Positions 1-12,000 of a DNA stretch of 64,000 nucleotides are shown piece by piece. The notes under the pieces were generated by a model. That model ran no database searches. It saw only the letters and a program-made list of their open reading frames with translations, and was not told the DNA's origin. The translations under genes were made by a program, and so were the position numbers. Source of the DNA: Parcubacteria group bacterium (GTDB lineage: Bacteria > Patescibacteriota > Minisyncoccia > Moranbacterales > UBA11712); NCBI GenBank assembly GCA_041659685.1, contig JBAZXV010000008.1, forward strand, positions 3,332-67,331, written 5' to 3'. Each line of letters starts with the position of its first letter. Within the stretch, counting starts at the first letter, position 1.

Positions 1-3000
1 GATTCCAATGCTGCCGGTGCTATTCGCGAACAAAGCTTCGGTCGATCCGGCGCGGACGCGCAGAGGCGAAAGAGTCGAAGATGCCCCGGTTTGAAGATTC
101 AGAAGAGAGCCAGTGCCATTGGCTCCGTTGTCGGTCGTGAGCGAGAAAAGATCGCTGGTTCCCGTTCCTGTCGCCCAGTTGAAAGCGGAGGAATAGGTTC
201 CCATGTTGAGAGACAAGCTGGTGCCCGGCGCTGTGAGAGCCGACCAGGTGCTGGATCCGGCGCCACCGAGATTCGTCCAGCTTCCCCCGCTGTTTTTGAA
301 TTGCAACGTTCCATTGTTATCAAAGATTCCGTATCCATTTGTCCCGGTCAAAGAACCGAAATTCAAATAGTTGTTCGATCCGCGCAAAATCGCGCTGCCG
401 GTGAGATCCAGCGCCGCCAGCGGAGAAGTTGTGCCTATGCCGACATTTCCGCTTGTATAATATATATTTGAACCGTTCTGCCCCCAGAGAGAGGAAGCGC
501 CGCTGCCGCTACTAGACGAGCCGAGAACGGTTTCGTTGCCAGAACTGTCTTTGAAGGCCAAAGCTGATGCTCCATAGGCTCTCGTCGGCGGAGTGAAATT
601 TGAAGTCCAGCGGGCTGTGCCTTTGGAAACTCGAACTTCATCCATGTAGCCACTGAAGTAGGTTGGGCCGTAAACCACCCGACCAATTTCTACAGGGGCT
701 GCAAAAGTAGACCAGGTGTTGGTAGAAGCCGTGCCGCTTGCGACGCCATTAATATACTGCGTTACAACTCCTCCCGATCTTACTATAGCAATATGTGTCC
801 ATGTGGTCGCTGGAATAGTTATAGTTGAATGAAAACCAATTACGGTGCTGCCTGATATATTCAGATAAGTGTTTAATTGATTCCCAGTATCAATATATAC
901 AGAGAAATAATTACTTGTATCTACCCACTGATCTATAATTCTATCCAACACACCTGCGTTATTCCTATTTACCCACATATCAATAGTGAAATCTCCTGAC
1001 CCGTAATCCCAATCATCGCTATCAGGCACGGAAACATAGTCTCCGGTCCCGTCAAAATAAGCGCTCTTTCCTCCAAATTCCGATTTGGTCGTACTTTGGG
1101 TGGCATCGCCATTTGCCGTCACGGTTTTTGCGCTTGAAGAACTATCCGTGAAAGTTGCACCCATTCCGTCAGCGTGGAGAAGAAGCTTGGTATATGAATC
1201 ATTTCCGGCCAGTGGAGACATGGCATACAACTTCCCAAACCCGCTCGTCGCGCTCGGAGAGCTCGTTTGTTCCGCAAGACTCATCACACCGTTAACGGTC
1301 AATTTCTCATTCGGGCTGGTTGTTCCGATTCCAATGCTGCCGGTGCTATTCGCGAACAAAGCCTCGGTCGATCCGGCGCGGACTCGGAGAGGCGAAACGG
1401 TTGAGGACGCTCCGGTTTGGAGATTCAAGAGCGAGCCGGTGCCGTTCGCCGAGTTGTCAGTCGTCAAAGAGAAAAGATCGCTGGTTCCCGTTCCTGTCGC
1501 CCAGTTGAAAGCGGTGGAATAAGTTCCCATATTGAGAGACAAAGCGGTGCTCGGCGCGGTGAGGGCCGACCAAGTGCTCGATCCGGCGCCGCCGAAATTC
1601 GTCCAGGCTCCCCCGCTGTTTTTGAATTGGAGGGTTCCGGCGTTGTCGCGGAAACCGTATCCGTTTGTTCCGTCAGCCGTTCCCCAGTTGAAATAGCCGT
1701 TGGCAGCCAAGCCGATGTTGCCGATGACATCAAGCGCGTGATTGGGAGTGGCATTGCCGATACCCACGCTTCCGCCGGTGTGGTAGATGCTGCCGTCGGG
1801 GTTGGCCGTCCAGACGCCGGTTGCCGTGGAAGAAGTGGCATAGTATTTCCAGTCGGAGTTCGAAGCGAGATCCGGACCGTTGTTATAGATCGGAGCGCGG
1901 TAGATTACGCTGTTATAGGACGCGTTGCCTCCGCCGAAAAGATAGACATATCCGCCGACAACAGCTGTTTGAGAAGCATAAAGATTGGCTGGCAAAGTTG
2001 CGCCGGAACTGACCCAGCTGGTCGGGTTCGAGACTGGAGCGCGGTATATTGTGCTTATTGCACCGCTTGTATACCCCCCCAACAAATATACATAGTCTCC
2101 GATAACGGCAACCTGCGACATTCCGATACTTGCCGGCAGAGTGGCACCTGTGTTGACCCAACTGGTCGGGTTTGAAACCGGAGCGCGGTAGATGACGTTG
2201 GTAACTGGTCCGTTGAGAGTTCCGCCGAAAAGATAGACATAACCTCCAATAACCGCGACATGAGAATATGCCAGATTTCCCGGTATGGTTGACCCGGTGT
2301 TTTCCCAGGAAGTCGGGTTCGAAACTGGAGCGCGATAGATGACGTTGGTATAGGCACTGCCGTTGTGTCCGCCGAAAAGATAGACATAGTCGCCGATGAC
2401 GGCTACTTGGGAAGCTTGGAGATTGCCCGGCAAGGTTGATCCGGTGTTTGACCAAGAAGTGGGGTCGGAAACTGGAGCGCGATAGATTACGTTGGTAATT
2501 GCGCTAGCGCTAACTCCGCCAAAGAGATATACATAATCTCCGATGACCGCCACTTGGGATTGCTGGAGATTCCCCGGCAAAGTTGCTCCTGTATTCGTCC
2601 AGGAAGTCGGATTGGAAACAGGCGCTCGGTAGATAACATTCGTTGCCGCGCTTGCATTGGTTCCACCGAAAAGATAGACATAGTCTCCGATGACAGCAGT
2701 TTGGGAATGTGCCAACACACCCGGCAGAGTCGCGCCTGTATCCACCCATTCGTCTTCTTTCATCCCCGTGCTGCCGGTTCCAGAGCTCGAACCCATCGCC
2801 ATCCAAGCGCCGTTTGAGTTTCGAAATTCCATCGTCCCGTTGTTGTCGCGGATGCCGTAGCCGGAATTTCCGGCGGTCGAGCCGAAATTGAGATAGTTAT
2901 TGAGTCCGCTCAAAATGCCGCTGCCGGCAAGGTCAAGTTTCGCGAGAGGCGCGGTCGTGCCGATCCCCACGTTTCCGGAGTTATAATAGAGTGAAGAGCC

Positions 3001-6000
3001 GTTGGTTCCCCATTGAGATGAAGCGCCGCTGCTTCCTCCAGTCAAAGCGGTAATGTTTCCGTCAGAATCCTTGTAGGCAAGATGCTTTCCAACGTCAAAA
3101 GCTTGGTTTGGCGGAGTGAAATTGGATGTCCAGCGGGCAATGCCTTTGGAGACTCGAATTTCGTCTTTATAATTTGCCACATCGTCCTGATACTCGGAAC
3201 CTCTTGAATAAAATCCTCCGATTCTTATGTAATTATTAACAGTAAAACTAAAGGAAGTGGTCGACGTAGATGTTTTCACTCCGTTTATAAACCCAAAAAC
3301 ACTGCTGCCTGACCGCACGTAGGCAACGTGAACCCATTGATTCAAGGGCACGGTGCCTTCGGTTATGGTGGTCCAGGCATAGCCGCTGCCGGTTTCCGCT
3401 CGAAAATCCAGCTGATTGTTCGTGATGCCGCACGTTATTTCTTGTCTTTGGTCCAGGCCCCAGCCTTTATCACCTATACTAAATACTGTTATCCTATGAC
3501 CTACCGTCGAGGCAGTCAGATAAACCCAGGCATCCACAGTGAAATCTCCCGCACCAAAAGCAAAATCGCTGCTGTCCGCCAAGCTGAGGTAATCCCCTGT
3601 CCCGTCGAAATAGGAGCTCTTTCCGCCAAACTCTGATTGAGTCGAACTCTGAGTTGCGTTGCCGTAGGCCGTCACCGTTTTTGGAGTAGCTTCGCTGTCC
3701 GTGAAAGTAGCGCCTGTGCCGTCGGCGTGGAGCAGTAATTTTGTGTAGGAATCATTGCCGCCAATTCCACCCACTGCGTACAACTTGCCAAATCCGCTCG
3801 TGGCATCAGGCGCATTCATGGATTCCGCAATGGAAATATTTCCGTTCACGGTCAATTTCTCGTTCGGGCTGATTGTCCCCACTCCGACATTCCCGGTGTT
3901 GCCCGCGAACAAAGCTTCGGTCGAGCCGGCCCGGATTCGGAGAGGCGAAAGGGTTGAAGAGGCTCCGGTTTGGAGATTAAGAAGCGAGCCGGTGCCGTTG
4001 GCGGAGTTGTCGGTGGTGAGCGAGAAGAGATCGCTCGATCCCGTTCCGGTTGTCCAGTTGAAAGCGGAAGAATAGGTTCCCATATTGAGAGACAAGTTGG
4101 TGGAAGGCGCGGTGAGAGCCGACCAAGAAGAGGAACCGGCGCCGGCGCCAAGATTCGTCCAGATTCCCCCGCTGTTTTTGAATTGCAATGTTCCGGCGTT
4201 ATCTCGGAAACCATATCCGTTCGTTCCGTCAGCCGTTCCCCAGTTGAAATAGCCGTTGGCGGAGAGGCCGAAGTTGCCGGTGATGTCGAGAGCATGATTG
4301 GGAGCATTGTTTCCGATGCCGACGTTCCCGCCGGTGTAGTAGATACTGCCGTTCGTGTTGGCCGTCCAGATTCCTGCCGCAGAAGAAGTTGCATATTTCC
4401 AAGAGGCGTTCGAGGCTAGGGACGGACCGCCATTGAGAATAGGAGTACGGTAAATAGTGCCGATTCCGACACTGCCATTATTTCCTCCAAAAAGATAAGC
4501 GTAATTTCCGACAGCCGCGACTTGAGAAAGATACAAATTGCTCGGCAGAGTTTTGCCTGTATTGGTCCACGTCGTCGGGCTAGAAACAGAGGCGCTATAC
4601 ATGACATTAGTATAGACACTGCTACCAAGATATCCACCCAGTTGATATATTTTATCGCCGACAATCATAGCTTGTGAATAACTGAGAGTGCCCGGTATAC
4701 TTGATCCCGTGCTGGCCCAAGAAGTCGGGTTGGAAACAGGGGCCCGATAGATAGTGGCGGTTCCATAGCCCCCGAACAAATAGACATAATCCCCAATAAC
4801 TGCAAGCTGAGACCAGGTCAGGTTCGTCGGCAAAGTCGAACCCGTGTTTGCCCAAGAAGTCGGATTGGAAAGCGGAGCGCGGTAAATAACATTGGTATTG
4901 CCGCCACCGTTATATCCCCCAAATAAATATATGTAATCTCCGATAATTGCGACTTGCGAACCATCCAAGTTTCCTGGCAAAGTCGAACCCGTGTTTGCCC
5001 AAGAAGTCGGGTTGGAAAGCGGAGCGCGATAGATAACATTGGTTGTTGTGCCAGCAATATTTCCCCCGAACAGATAGACATAATCTCCGATAATTGCGAC
5101 TTGCGAATATCCCAAATTACCCGGCAAAGTCGAACCCGTGTTTGTCCAGGACGTCGGACTGGAAACAGGAGCCCGATAGATGATATTTGAATTATATCCC
5201 CCGAACAGATAGACATAATCGCCAATGACCGCGGTTTGAGAGCCATATAGAGCGGCTGGCAAAGTCGAACCTGAATCCGCCCATCCGTCTTCTTGCATGG
5301 ACATACTAGTCGTTCCGCCGCCGCCTGATCCTATTGCTACCCAAGCGCCGCTTTGGTTTTTGTATTCCATTGTTCCGTTGTTGTCGCGCAGACCGTATCC
5401 GGAAGTTCCGGCGGTCGAGCCGAAGTTCAAATAGTTGTTGAGCCCGCTCAAGATTCCACTGCCGGCAAGGTCAAGTTTCGCGAGCGGTGCGGTCGTGCCA
5501 ATTCCCACGTTGCCGGAGGTATAGTAGGCGCTGGTGCCGTTCTGGCCCCAGAGGGAAGATGCGCCGCTGCCGGATGCTCCGGCCAAAACTGTTTCCGTGC
5601 CTAAACTGTCTTTATACGCCAGAACACCGCCGCTGCCATAAGCTCTCGTTGGAGGAGTGAAAGCGGAGGTCCAGCGGGCGATGCCTTTGGAAATTCGATA
5701 TTCATCCATATAGCCATTGAAGGAAGTGCCGCCGTTCCAATCAGCTCCGATATATAAACCACTCGCCGACATATCAAATGTGGCGCTTGTCGCCCAGTCG
5801 GAACCTTTTTGAGCTCCGTCACGGAAAACTTTCACGACTCCGTTTGTCCTGACGACCGCCGCGTGATACCAAACACCGGTGGAAAGAGAATCGGAAAAAG
5901 CATGATTAGCAGCTCCATCATATAAATTCCAGCCATTGGAAGCATCATACATTATTCTTAGGGAGGGATTCGGCAGGCTGCCGGCTGAGGTAAGGAAAAA

Positions 6001-9000
6001 ATTATTAGTTGTGCTGTTCAGTCTGAACCAAAAATCCACTGTGAAATCCCCGTCCCAAGTCCAATCGGTACTGTCAGTCGTCGACAAATAGCCGCTGCTG
6101 AAGCTGGCGCTTTCTCCTCCGAACTTGTATTGAGTTGTGCTTTGGGTAGCCGTTCCTGCCGCCGATACAGTTTTTCCGCTTGAGGAGCTGTCCGTGAAAG
6201 TCGCGCCCGTCCCGTCAGCATGAAGAAGGAGCTTGGTGTACGAATCGTTTCCCGAAAGCGGAACCGCATAGAGCTTTCCAAATCCGCTCGTCACGTCGGG
6301 GGCGGCCGCAGATTCCGCGAGACTCATTGCGCCGTTCACGGTGAGTTTTTCATTGGGAGCGGTCGTCCCGATGCCGACGTTGCCGGAATTATTTATGTAT
6401 AAAGCCTCCGTGGACCCTGCCCGGACTCGAAGGGGAGAAAGACTTGAAGACGCTCCGGTCTGGACGTTGAGGAGTGAACCGGTGCCGTCGGCCAGATTGT
6501 CGGTGGTGAGCGAGAAGAGATCGCTCGTTCCCGTTCCGGTCGTCCAGTTGAGATTGGTGGAATAATCTCCCATGCCAAGATAGGAGTTGGTGGAGGGATC
6601 GGTGAGGACCGACCAGGAAAGAGTGCTGGTTCCGGATCCGATGTCCTCCCAATTGCCCGAGCTGTTTTTGAATTGCAAAGTTCCGGCGTTGTCGCGCAGG
6701 CCATATCCGGTTCCGCCATCAGTCGCGCCAAAGTTGAGATAGGCGCTCGTCGAAAGTCCCAGGTTGCCGGCGATGTCAAATGTATGGTTTGGAATTGTCG
6801 TTCCGATGCCCACGGAGCCGGTGGTGAAATATATATTGTTCCCGTTGTTTGTCCACTGGCTGGCGCTCGCGGTCGGAATGTTGGTCCAGGACCCGCCGCT
6901 GTTTTTGATCTGGAGCGTTCCGTTGTTGTCAAAGATTCCGTAGCCTGATGATCCGGAGGTTGAGCCGAAGTTGAGATATCTGCTCGATCCGGAGAGAATC
7001 GCGTTGCCAACGACGCTAAGTGCCGCAGCCGGAGAGGTCGTCCCGATTCCCACGTTGCCGCCGGTGTAGTAGAGCGAAGAGCTATTGGTGCCCCAAGGCG
7101 AAGTCAGTCCGCTAGCGCCGCCGGTTGATCCTAAAATAGTTTCCGTGCCCGAACTGTCTTTGAACGCCAAACTGGTTCCACTTCCATAGGCTCTTGTCGG
7201 CGGAGTAAAGGCAGAGGTCCAACGGGCGGTGCCTTTTGAAATGCGCACTTCGTCCATATAGCCGTTCAGATAGTTTCCCGCATAATCACCCAGTTTTCCA
7301 ATCCCTAAATTAGTTGACACGAAATTCTTTAGTGCGCTTGCGCCTATATTTGTAGTGCTTCCTGAACCAACTTCGCTTGTTCCATTTATAAAAAGATATA
7401 ATGTGCTACCCGATCTGACTCCTGAAATATGGTACCAGGTATTGGCCGATACGGTCGTTGTAGATTTTACATAACGGAGTATATTTCCTGTATCTTTTGT
7501 GGAAAAAACTATATTATTTGAAGAATCCAAATAAAAATGCCACTCATGATCATTGCCTGCCGAGTTAAGGTCTCCGATAAAATATTGATATGATCCTACC
7601 ACGCTTACTCTAGCCCAAAAATCAACCGTAAAGTCTCCCGAGCCGAAATTAAAATCGGCTGTGGCAGGTGTCGTCACTCCGCCGGTTCCGTCGAAATAGG
7701 CGCTTTTTCCGCCAAATTCATATTGGGTTGAGGATTGGGTTGAATTTCCACCGGCTGTCATCGCGTGCGCGGAAGCCGAACTGTCAGTGAAAGTGGTTCC
7801 GGATCCATCGGCGTGAAGAAGAAGGGTTGTATAGGAATCATTGCCTGTCATGGCCATGGCATACAATTTCCCATATCCGCTCGTCGCACTTGGAGAACTC
7901 GCTTGCTCCGCGAGACTCATCACGCCGTTGACGGTCAATTTTTCATTGGGAGTGGTCGTCCCGATGCCGACGTTGTCCGAAACGCTGGAGAGATAGACGT
8001 TTGAACCCGCGTCCGTCCAGCCGCCGCCGACCGCGCCGAAAGTCGCCCAATCCCCGCCCGAGTTTTTGTATTCAATCGTTCCTCCGTTGTCCCGCAAGCC
8101 ATATCCATTTGTTCCGGTCAAAGAACCAAAATTCAAATAATTATTCGAGCCGCGCAAAATGAGGCCTCCGGTCATGTCGAGCGCCGCGAGCGGAGAAGTC
8201 GTGCCTATGCCAATATTTCCGCTTGTATAATATAAATTAGTGCCATTCTGGCCCCAGAGATTGGAAAAGCTACTTCCCCCGCCACTTCCGCCCAGTTCAT
8301 ATTCCGTGCCTCCGGCGGTTTTGTAAAAGAGTCCGGTGGTGTTGTAGGCCTGTGTCGGCGGAGTGAAAGCGGAAGTCCAACGAGCGGTGCCTTTCGAGAC
8401 GCGGAGCTCGTCGATATAGCCGGCAAAATAGTAGTGATTACTGCTGTAATCATTCATTCCAATGGTTAAGGGCTGCGCAGCATCGTTTATTGTCGCAGAA
8501 GAAGTTCCACTTCCTCTTTCCACTCCATCCACATACAGCTTGAAAGATGTTCCGTTTCTCACCCATGCAACATGATGCCAATTACTATTGGAAAGAACGT
8601 TGCTCGATGTTATGCCCACTGTTACTGATGTTCCATCTGTCCAAAAATTTGCAAACGCATGTCCTGTCGCATCCGCACCCACGACCCACCTCGTCAATGA
8701 TGCGGAGCCATAGTTGGATTGAGCGACGAATTCTTGTTCGGTTCCTGTCGCGAAATTGCTTGAGTATGCCCAAAAGTCAACGGTGAAATCCCCCGATCCA
8801 AAAGTCCAATCGTTGCTGTCCGCAACGCTCAAGGAGTCTCCGCTACCGTCAAAATAGGCCGACTTACCGCCAAATTCGGACTGAGTTGCGGATTGAATTG
8901 CATCACCGTTGGCGGTAATTGTCTTGGGAGTCGATTCACTATCTGTAAAAGAATTTCCAGTTCCATCGGCATGAAGAAGAAATTTGGTGTATGTATCGTT

Positions 9001-12000
9001 GCCTCCGGATTGTGTTGCATACAATTTCCCAAACCCGCTGGTCGCGCTTGGAGAACTCGCTTGCTCGGCGAGACTCATCACGCCGTTCACTGTCAGTTTC
9101 TCATTGGGGCTGATTGTTCCAATGCCGACGCTGCCGGAAGAATTCACATACAAAGCCTCAGTCGATCCGCCGCGGACGCGGAGGGGCGAAACAGTCGAGG
9201 ACGCTCCGGTTTGGAGATTCAAGAGCGAACCGGTGCCATTGGCTGAATTGTCGGTCGTGAGCGAAAAGAGGTCGCTGGTTCCGGTTCCCGTCGCCCAGTT
9301 GAAGACGGTCGTGAAAGCGCTCATCGGAAGAGACAGATTGGTGGATGGATCGGTGAGAGTCGACCAAGAAGCTGCGGTGCTGCTGGTACTACTTCCGCTG
9401 CCAATGTTGGTCCAGGTTCCGCCGGAAGCTTTGTATTGGAGGATTCCGGCGTTGTCGCGGATGCCATATCCGGAAGAACCGATGGTTGTGCCGAAGTTGA
9501 GATAGGCGCTCGCCGCAAGACCCAGGTTGCCGCTTGAATCAAAAACTATCTCCGGATCCCCTGTGCCGTTCACATTGAAGCCGAGCGTGTTGGCGGTGGT
9601 GTTGTAGCTCAAAGTATATTCGTCGCTTGTCGAAGATCCGATATGGAGCGTAGCCGGTCCAAGAAAGAGATCGCTCCAGCGATGGGTGTCGTCGCCGAGA
9701 TTATAGGTATCGTCAACTGAGGGAAAGATGTCTCCCGCGACGGTAAGTTTGGCGGAAGGACTTGTTGTCCCGATTCCGACGTTGCCGTTCATTGTTACGT
9801 CACCGTTAGACCTGATTGTCATTCTTTCGCTTCCATTGAGCGTCGTGTCATTCGCCGCGGTAAAAAATCCTATCTCCGTCGCCGCATTTTCCATATTAAA
9901 ACTTGCGCCTGCTCCGCCAATCCAAACCTTATTGTTAGTGCCGTCAGAACGCCCCTGAATCAATGCGACTGGCTCCTCTGCGTCGGTTTTATGAGCCATC
10001 GCGATAAAAGCATCTTTTTGCGCATTGCCGCCACTGGCATAATCAGAAAGTTTGAGAGTCACCACATTGTCACTTCCGACAATATCCAGCTTCGCCCCCG
10101 GATTCGTCGTCCCTATCCCGACGTTGCCTTGATTTGTAACGACAAATTTTTCCGACCACAGTCCACTGCCATGATTTGTATAAACCGAAAATCTTCCCGT
10201 ATAAGTGCCTGTCGCGCTTCCCGATGACTGCAATATGATATTAGAACTATCATCCGATAATGTTGGTCTGGCATTGAGGATAATTTGAGCTGTAGTTGGA
10301 TTATATACAGTCAATCCTCCGCCATTTACAAAAGCTGACCCTGCCACTTCTAGCTTCGCTCCCGGGCTCGTCGTCCCGATGCCGACGTTTCCTTGCTTTA
10401 TATACAAACTATTAGCCACCGCTCCTGAACCTGTCATCACCAAAACATCATTGGTTCCGCCTGCCCGAATCACAGTGTCTCCCGAGCTTCTGATTGTCAT
10501 GGCCGCGCTGGTATTGTCTCCGATATACACATTGTTCCCGCTGGAAAAATAAGCCAGCTGTCTTGCTGTCCCGCCGCTATCTTTTGCGGTCAAAGCCTGT
10601 TCATTATCAAGCAATATACTTCCACCCGAAACTGTCAGTTTCGCCCCCGGACTCGTCGTTCCGATGCCGACGTTGCCCGCTTTCAGTACCAGCGTATTTG
10701 CCACGGCCGAAGGTTGATAAATGGTCATGACTTGGGCAGCGTTTACTTTGAAAAGCATATTTCCGTTTGATTTGTCACCGGCTTCCAAAATAAGCGACCC
10801 CACATTAGCATGTTCATTCCCATACAGATAGATCGTCGCGCCTCTCGTGTTTCCGGCCACTCCTCCGCCAGTTATTGTCAAAACATCGCTGTCCGAAGCG
10901 TCAACTGTGGCAGTACTGATGGTCGAATTTGCTCCGAAAGACAATTTGGAAGTCGGATTCGTCGTCCCGATCCCGACGTTGCCCGCTGATGTTATTCTCA
11001 TCCACTCATTTGCTCCTGTGTTTATGCTTCCATTCGTTGCAAAAGTTATTGGATTAGCACTGTTTGTCAAGATGGAAAGTCCCGCTTCGGCTGAAATAAA
11101 ACCGCTATTAGCTCCTGCATAATAAGTATTCGTTGAAGCATACGTTCCGAGTTGGTTGTAATATGAAGAATTGTAAACCGCGATAGAATTTCTAGTATCA
11201 CTACTTGCTACAAATTTTGCCATTGTAGCACTTGTTGGAGCTCCATAAACATGCAATAGCATTCCCGGCGCGGTCGTTCCAATGCCAACGTTGCCGCCGT
11301 CGGCTACCGTCATGTATGATTCCCACACGCCGTTGTTATCTACATGCCCAAACTGAACATTTCGATCTGTCGCAGAACTCGAATTTCCCCTGATGCGGAT
11401 TGCACCGCTGTTTGTATCGCCCATTATGAATCTCTCCGTGAGTTCAGAAGAGAAAACCAAATTTCCTCGCAGACTTTCGTTTCCCACGACAACAAGTTTC
11501 GAACCGGGACTAGTTGTCCCAATCCCGACATTGCCGTTTGTGTCCCAGATTCCCGACCCGGGGAAATATGTGTTCGCCGAGAAAGTCTGCGCGCCGGTCC
11601 AAGTATTGGCGTGTCCGAGATTCAAAGACGCGACCACATCTCCGATCGTCGGCGAGATGGTGAGCGTCCCGTCGGAATTTGTGACCGAAGAAACTCCGAC
11701 GCTCGCTACCGATGTCCAACTGGCGAGTCCATTCGCGTCCGAGGTCAAAACTTTGTTGAGACCCGGAGTTCCGCCGGTGATTTTCACTTGCCCCGCAACT
11801 TCGAGTTTCGAGCCAGGTGTAGTGGTGCCGATTCCAATGTTGTCACTCTTTAAATATAACGTGTTGGCTGCGTTCCCCTGCTCCACAGTCATTACGACTT
11901 TTCCTCCTTGATTATCATAGAGTTTAAAACTTCCATCATTAGCTGTAATGCCTTGTCCAATTGACCAACCGTCTGACCCATCAACTTTGCCAAAAAACAA

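Noticed and set aside
1981-2350. tRNA-like T-arm motifs gggttcgagac / gggttcgaaac.
   Set aside because: They recur every 144 nt inside the Kelch-like coding repeats (encoding ...NTG...). No cloverleaf context exists, and no tRNA was found anywhere in the window.
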